Assembly: GCA_004431415.1 (NCBI GenBank)
Contig: QPMI01000134.1
Location: 1 to 64,000, forward strand
Direction: 5' to 3'
Length of the DNA: 64,000 bases
Origin: Cyanophora paradoxa CCMP329
Lineage: Eukaryota > Plantae > Glaucophyta
Part shown: positions 59,796-64,000 of the stretch, piece by piece
Layout: each line of letters starts with the position of its first letter
Position numbering within the stretch: the first letter of the stretch is position 1
Notes under the pieces: generated by a model
What the model was told of the DNA's origin: nothing
Databases searched by the model: none
Seen by the model: only the letters and a program-made list of their open reading frames with translations
Made by a program: the position numbers and the translations under genes

Positions 59796-62259
59796 GCCTG
59801 CGGGGGCGCGCGGCCCAGAGCGAGCGATTCGAATTCGTTGGTTCTAGACCGGGATCCCCCCAGCGGCAACTAGCAAGCAATCCAGGCCATGCGCCCGCCC
59901 GGAGGAGCGCACTTTCGACGGATCGACTTCCCGCAGAAGAGCCGAGCTTTCGGGCCCGACGGAGCCCGCCCGGTCAGAAATCCTCGCCGGTCGCGTGCTG
60001 TCTAGATCTGCTGGACGCTCGCCCGCTGCCCTGTGGAGCTGCGCGCCGGTACAAGCAAGCAATGAGCGAACGACAGGAGCGATGCAAGAAACCCGTCGGC
60101 TTCGCACCTGCCGCGACAAACACCGCCTACACCGCCGTAACACCGAGGCCTCTGCGGCGTCGTACACGCCGTCCGAGGCCGTCCGACGCCGTCCGCGGCC
60201 GGCCGCCCGAAGCGCCGGGGTACGGGGTGCGGACGCACCTCGGGCACTGCTGCTTCCATTGCTGTGGTACCTGTCAGCGCTGCGCATGCCTTTTCACTTC
60301 AGTACTTCCACTGCAGACTGGCAGCAGCACGCAGCCGAATCAGCAGCGAAGCTCTGGTCTCCGGCTTCGGCGACCGGGACGCGGCCGCGGGCGAGACGTC
60401 GACTCGGACCCGGCAGCCGCAGCGCTAGCGGAGGCCTATAGCTAGGCTATGGCGGATCGATATCGGAGCACAGCGGCGGATATCGATCGGAGCACAGCGC
60501 CGGAGCACTCGCGTCGGCCGTCCTATTGGCGCTAGCTATTGAACTATTGACGCCGGCTTCGCGGACGCCATGCCGGAGCAGAGCGCCGGCCGTCCGATTG
60601 CCAGCGCTAGCTATATATATAGCGGCCGCGCCGCGGTACCCGGTATCGCGTAGCGCTCCGATGGCCTGCAGCTGCAGCTGCAGCTGCGCGGGCTGCGGCG
60701 CGCGCGCGCGGCGGGAAACGGCGGGGCGCCTCCGCCGCAGCGCCGATTGTGAGGGCGGCGCCGGCGCCCCTATGGCTAGGGAGAGTGGCGGTCGCTAGGG
60801 AAGCGTAGCGCGAGGCGGACTCCGGGCCGGGGCAGGGCGGAGTGGCGGCCATCTAACTTAGCACATCGCGATCGAGGCGCGAAGCGCGAGCACCCCGGGC
60901 ACGCCGCCGGACCCGGCCCCTCCCCCTCTCCCTCCGAGACTCCGCGCCCGGAGGAGAGAGGGCGCCCGCCCCGTACCCCTCCCGCCGGCCCCTCTTCTTC
61001 TCGGGACCAGGGCCCGCCTCGCCACACCGTACCCCTTTGTCCCCAAACCCCCGCTTACCCCCTCGCCTCGCCCCCCCCTCCCCCCTCGCCTCGCCCCACG
61101 CCCTCGCCTCGCCCCACGCCCTCGCCTCGCCCCACGCCCTCGCCCGCAGATCGCAGGCTTGTGGCGCCGGCCCCCGCGCCTCCCGCAGGCCTCGCTGCCC
61201 GCTCTCCCCCCGCCGCCCCGGGCCGCCCCGGGCCGCTGTCTCGGGGCCATCTGAGCCGTCTGAGCCGTCTGAGCCGTCCCGCCCCGGCTCTCCCCGGCCG
61301 CCCTCCCTCCCCCCTGCCTTTTCCTGTCCCTCTCGCTGTCCCGCCCCGGCCCGCCTCTCGATCTACGCTCCACCTCTCTTCGCTCACTTCCGCCGGCCCT
61401 CTTCGCTTTCAGCCCCCTCGAGGCTCGCCCGTTTAGCTCCCGACCTCCCAGCTGCAGTCCCACGCAGCCTTTCGGGATTTCCCCCCAAGCTGCCTCGTCT
61501 CCGAGTCGGCGCCTCGACTGAATGTAGCGGATCCAGATCCTCCCACGGAACCCCCCGGGCCCTCTAGATCCCCCCCCCCCACCCCCCTCCCCCCCCCTCC
61601 ACGCCGCCTCCGGATCCTGCACGGGCCCGGAGCCTCGGAGGCGACGCGACTCCCTTGCTCTTTATTCTGTATACCGTACTATGTTCTTGTACATGTCCTT
61701 ATTCCGAAGTTCTAGTTGTGTTTTAAGCCTATATATTCTAATCGCGCCTTGTAATTACTCTAGTTGTATTCTAGATCTGACTCCGGATCCGTGACAGCGC
61801 ATGCCGCAGTGCAGCCTCGAGATCCGAGAGGTGAACCTGCGAAGCTCTCTGCCGCAGTGCCACAGCTCCACTGCGGCACTGCAATTGCTCTGCGCCGGTC
61901 CCGGGGACGCTCATGACTCAGCCTGCAGCTGGGGGGTGTGTGATCCGATCCACTGGCCATGGGCCATGATCATCGGATGCTCAGCCTGGCAGCTGCAGCC
62001 TGGCAGCGGTCAGCTGCAGATCACGATCGCTGCCAGGCCGATCATGAGTCATGAACACGATCCGATGCCATGATGATCAGCTGCAGCTGCAGCTCCGAGG
62101 CTCGGGATCCTCAGCTATTATTCTAGATATCGTTGACTGTTTCATGATCATGATCATGATTAGCTGCATGCCCGGATAGCCCAGGTCGGCCCTCGAGCTT
62201 GGAGGCTTCCCTTTCTTCCTTCCCTTCCTTCCAATAACACTTCGCGGACACTGTCCTGC

Positions 62260-62415
62260 CTACTTCCGCTTGGCGCCGGCGGGGGGCGTCTTGCGGGCCA
62301 CCTCCGAGCGGCTCGCCGGCCGCGTGGGGGCCGCCTCCTTCGGCGGCTCGGGCTCCGCTGGCTTGGCCGCCTCCGCCGGGGGCGCCGGCGGCGGCGGCGT
62401 CTCCGCGCCGGCTGC
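62260..62415 (-). other. Probable orphan terminal exon (..PPAEAAKPAEPEPPKE..AGAKRK*)
   Basis: Host-like codon usage, upstream CAG acceptor and stop codon; no upstream exons identifiable. Confidence 0.35.
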
Positions 62416-63253
62416 GACCGGACCGGAGGCGCGCGCGGTTAATTTAACATCTCGGTATACGTACTTGTAAATATTCGTGCATGTGTCGCATGCAAGATTA
62501 TCGTGCATGCGGAGCTAGATAGTGCAGCCTTCGTGCTGCTAGTTGCTAGTGCAGCCTACGTGCTGCTAGGGCCGACGTCGGCGTCAGTACGCCTCGGCCA
62601 CCGCTTATTATAGCTACTACGGGTACGCCGGGCCTGTCCGGGTACAGATCACTCTTAGGGATACACTGTTCTAGAGAATACTACAGAGCGATAGCGATCC
62701 CTCGCGATCCCACGCGTCCCGCCGAGCCCAGGGTCGGCAGGTCGCATCCCCGCGTGCCTACACACTAATCCCGCACGCGACAGGCGCCATCCTGCCGGGA
62801 ACTGAATCTTGAAGGGTCGCATCTTGCGACACCAGGTCCGATCGCTGCGCCCCCGGCCTCGCCGCGCGTGCGCCGCGTCGCCAGTAGTGCGTAGTGTGTG
62901 TCCGCATCAGCCCACAGTAAGCGGAACGCATAGTTCCGCCGAAAAGTGGGAGCCGCGTTCCGGTATACGGTTCTGCGTGCTGCACGGGGCGATCCGTCGT
63001 CCTGAGCCTGACTGCTCGCCGGCTTCGTGCCGTGCCGCCGGCCTCGCGCCGAGCCGCCGAAGTTCCCCGCAAGGGCAACTTTGAGCCATCGCCAATCCTA
63101 AGCCCGAGGGCCTGGATTGTGCACCGGTGTGCTGCGTAAGCAGCATATCGTCGCCTGTGAAGTCGGAATCTCGCGGTTCGCGCGAGATCCGGCATCAAAA
63201 GAGCTTCGTGCTCAAATTTGATCTGTATTGAAAGTGGTCTTTGAGTGCCCGCC

Positions 63254-64000
63254 ATGTCGCGGCTCCCAATGACTGTCACTGCGAGCATGCGCGAGTACAT
63301 GATCGCTTCAAATGCGATCACTCCGGACTCCGGCATGTCCGTCCAGCAGCTCACTGCTGAGGCGCCGGCGCGCGACGAGAAAGGGCACCTTATTGTGTCC
63401 CTGCTTCCCGCGCGGCCCACGCTGCAAGAAGTGGACGCTTGGCTCGGCCAGATTGGCAACAGTGCGTCTCAGACGACGAAGTATGCCACCGAGCCCGAGC
63501 CGGGGCCCCAGGGCCCGAACTTCGCTAAGGTCGAGGCTCTCGCGGGCCACATGCTTAGCAACATGGCCCGCGGGCCAATCTCCGACCTCATCGTGCGCCG
63601 CCGCGGGCACCTTGACTCGCTCAAGGCTACACTCGCGGAGAAGCGCACCCGTGTGGCCGTGCTGGAAGCCCTCGATGAGGAGGCGCGCACGAACGAGACC
63701 GACGGTGAACTGCTCCTCCTGCAGGACACGATCCGCCGCGTCGAGGCCGAGTTTAACGCCGGCCGGGACACGTACATGCGTGCGCCAGGCCTCAAGGCTT
63801 TCATTTTGGCGGCCGCCGCGAAGGGCCTGCCGTTTGAGTCTGAGAAGGCGATCCTGGCCCCGTTCACCGGCGAGGACCCGCTGACGTGGCTTAACTGGAT
63901 CAATCCGTACCTCTGGCACACGCTGCCGCAGGGGAAAACGTACGCGGAGCACCTGCTCCACGTGCTCAAGAATGCTCTCGTGCGGCGTAAGACGGGCAAC
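63254..64000 (+). CDS. Intronless ORF running off the window end (MSRLPMTVTASMREYM..); possibly a retroelement Gag-like ORF1
   Basis: 249 stop-free codons with strong GC3 bias and a coiled-coil-like segment; absent from the ORF track because there is no stop. Lack of introns is unusual for this genome. Confidence 0.55.
   Translation, partial: MSRLPMTVTASMREYMIASNAITPDSGMSVQQLTAEAPARDEKGHLIVSLLPARPTLQEVDAWLGQIGNSASQTTKYATEPEPGPQGPNFAKVEALAGHMLSNMARGPISDLIVRRRGHLDSLKATLAEKRTRVAVLEALDEEARTNETDGELLLLQDTIRRVEAEFNAGRDTYMRAPGLKAFILAAAAKGLPFESEKAILAPFTGEDPLTWLNWINPYLWHTLPQGKTYAEHLLHVLKNALVRRKTGN

Noticed and set aside
63225-63250. tRNA primer-binding site before the terminal ORF
   Set aside because: TGGTC is not preceded by a CA LTR end and I cannot match it to a tRNA.
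1-64000. rRNA or tRNA genes
   Set aside because: No recognisable conserved motifs seen.

Overview
GC-rich, intron-dense eukaryotic DNA with many 50-100 nt introns and several apparent GC-AG donors. It looks protist/algal; a glaucophyte such as Cyanophora is a guess I cannot verify. Most six-frame ORFs are GC artefacts, and the real genes appear only after manual splicing. The host backbone is a segmental repeat present three times, made of a spliced START-domain gene on + converging on an LRR/TIR gene on -. Next to copy 2 lies an LRR-SAM-TIR gene whose TIR closely resembles SARM1 (DWVRKE vs SARM1 DWVHKE). Copy 3 has a nine-repeat hypervariable LRR gene linked to a different TIR. Both LRR genes carry a lesion in or just after the LRR exon. 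Between copies 2 and 3 are a poly(A)-tailed Ulp1-protease element and a TG...CA element with a CCCG target-site duplication (24960-50372). A ~23.8-kb Helentron-type rolling-circle transposon (25287-49114) is nested inside the latter. It encodes an HUH Rep that ends before any helicase, plus lower-GC spliced cargo genes: a Ulp1/SENP-like protease and a Siz/PIAS-type SP-RING protein apparently fused to two SUMO-like domains. This putative transposon-borne SUMO writer/eraser/mimic set is the best candidate for an undescribed system. All gene models are hand-spliced and need RNA-seq/HMM confirmation.
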